Positions 63,511 to 64,000 of a stretch of DNA of 64,000 nt are shown here, piece after piece. The position numbers and the translations under genes were made by a program. The notes under the pieces were generated by a model that was not told where the DNA came from, made no database searches, and was given only the letters and a program-made list of their open reading frames with translations. This DNA is from Eledone cirrhosa (Eukaryota): contig OZ024740.1 of the NCBI GenBank assembly GCA_964016885.1, positions 280,054,001 through 280,118,000 on the forward strand, read 5' to 3'. How positions within the stretch are numbered: the first letter of the stretch is position 1; each line of letters begins with the position of its first letter.

Positions 63511-64000
63511 CTGAAAAAACAAAACAAAAACAATGAATAATAATTATGTTTAAAGAAATTGAAAGAAACTACAAACAGTTAAGAAAAAATTATGTCAGGT
63601 CAAAGCAAAAGATAAGGTTTCAGTAAAATGTAATCTGAGTTGAATTTCTGATTATATTTATCAGTTCACTTACTTTGCTAATAACTTTGGGAAAAGCATG
63701 AACACCACAGCTCCCAATCTGCAACCTTCTTAAGTCAATAAGATTGATAGATATTTCTGATTATGAAAGGCCAAACATGTAGACCATGTTGAAAAAAAAA
63801 ACTTGGTATTTCATCACATACTGTGAATTGACACCACAATTCCATACAACCATTTTAGTATTCTTTTAACTTCAAAATATCATCCATCCTCTGCCAACGT
63901 CTCAAGTCTACACAATTATTTGAGCATCTCGCTGTTGACTTCAAAGTACCATCTCCCACCTGCCAAACTTCTGAAGTCTACACAACCATTTCAACATCCC

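Overview
Eukaryotic DNA, most likely molluscan (octopus-like); that assignment is inferred from repeat types and base composition, not from a search. Positions 1-52979 are one uninterrupted head-to-tail satellite array of about 245 monomers. It mixes two related monomer lengths, 227 bp (~160 copies) and 196 bp (~85 copies), which share a CpG-rich, palindrome-dense ~160-bp core. The monomers are organised as a mosaic of local higher-order repeats with periods of 650, 877, 1042, 1104, 1527, 1889, 2631, 3446 and 3704 bp. The ~250 short ORFs in the array are repeat by-products, not genes. The array ends abruptly at a ~30-bp TA/CA microsatellite. Next come two opposed, disabled RTE-type LINE copies, one carrying a PHD-like C4HC3 finger inside the RT region, then SINEs, microsatellites and AT-rich sequence. 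The last ~3 kb holds the 3' part of a minus-strand host gene: a terminal exon with a FAM104/VCF-like C-terminal helix and a candidate 25-nt microexon, with a third decayed LINE in the intron. There are no prokaryotic genes, CRISPR arrays or rRNA/tRNA genes. I cannot demonstrate a new biological system. The best leads are the structured two-length satellite (possible centromere or structured RNA) and the PHD-bearing RT.
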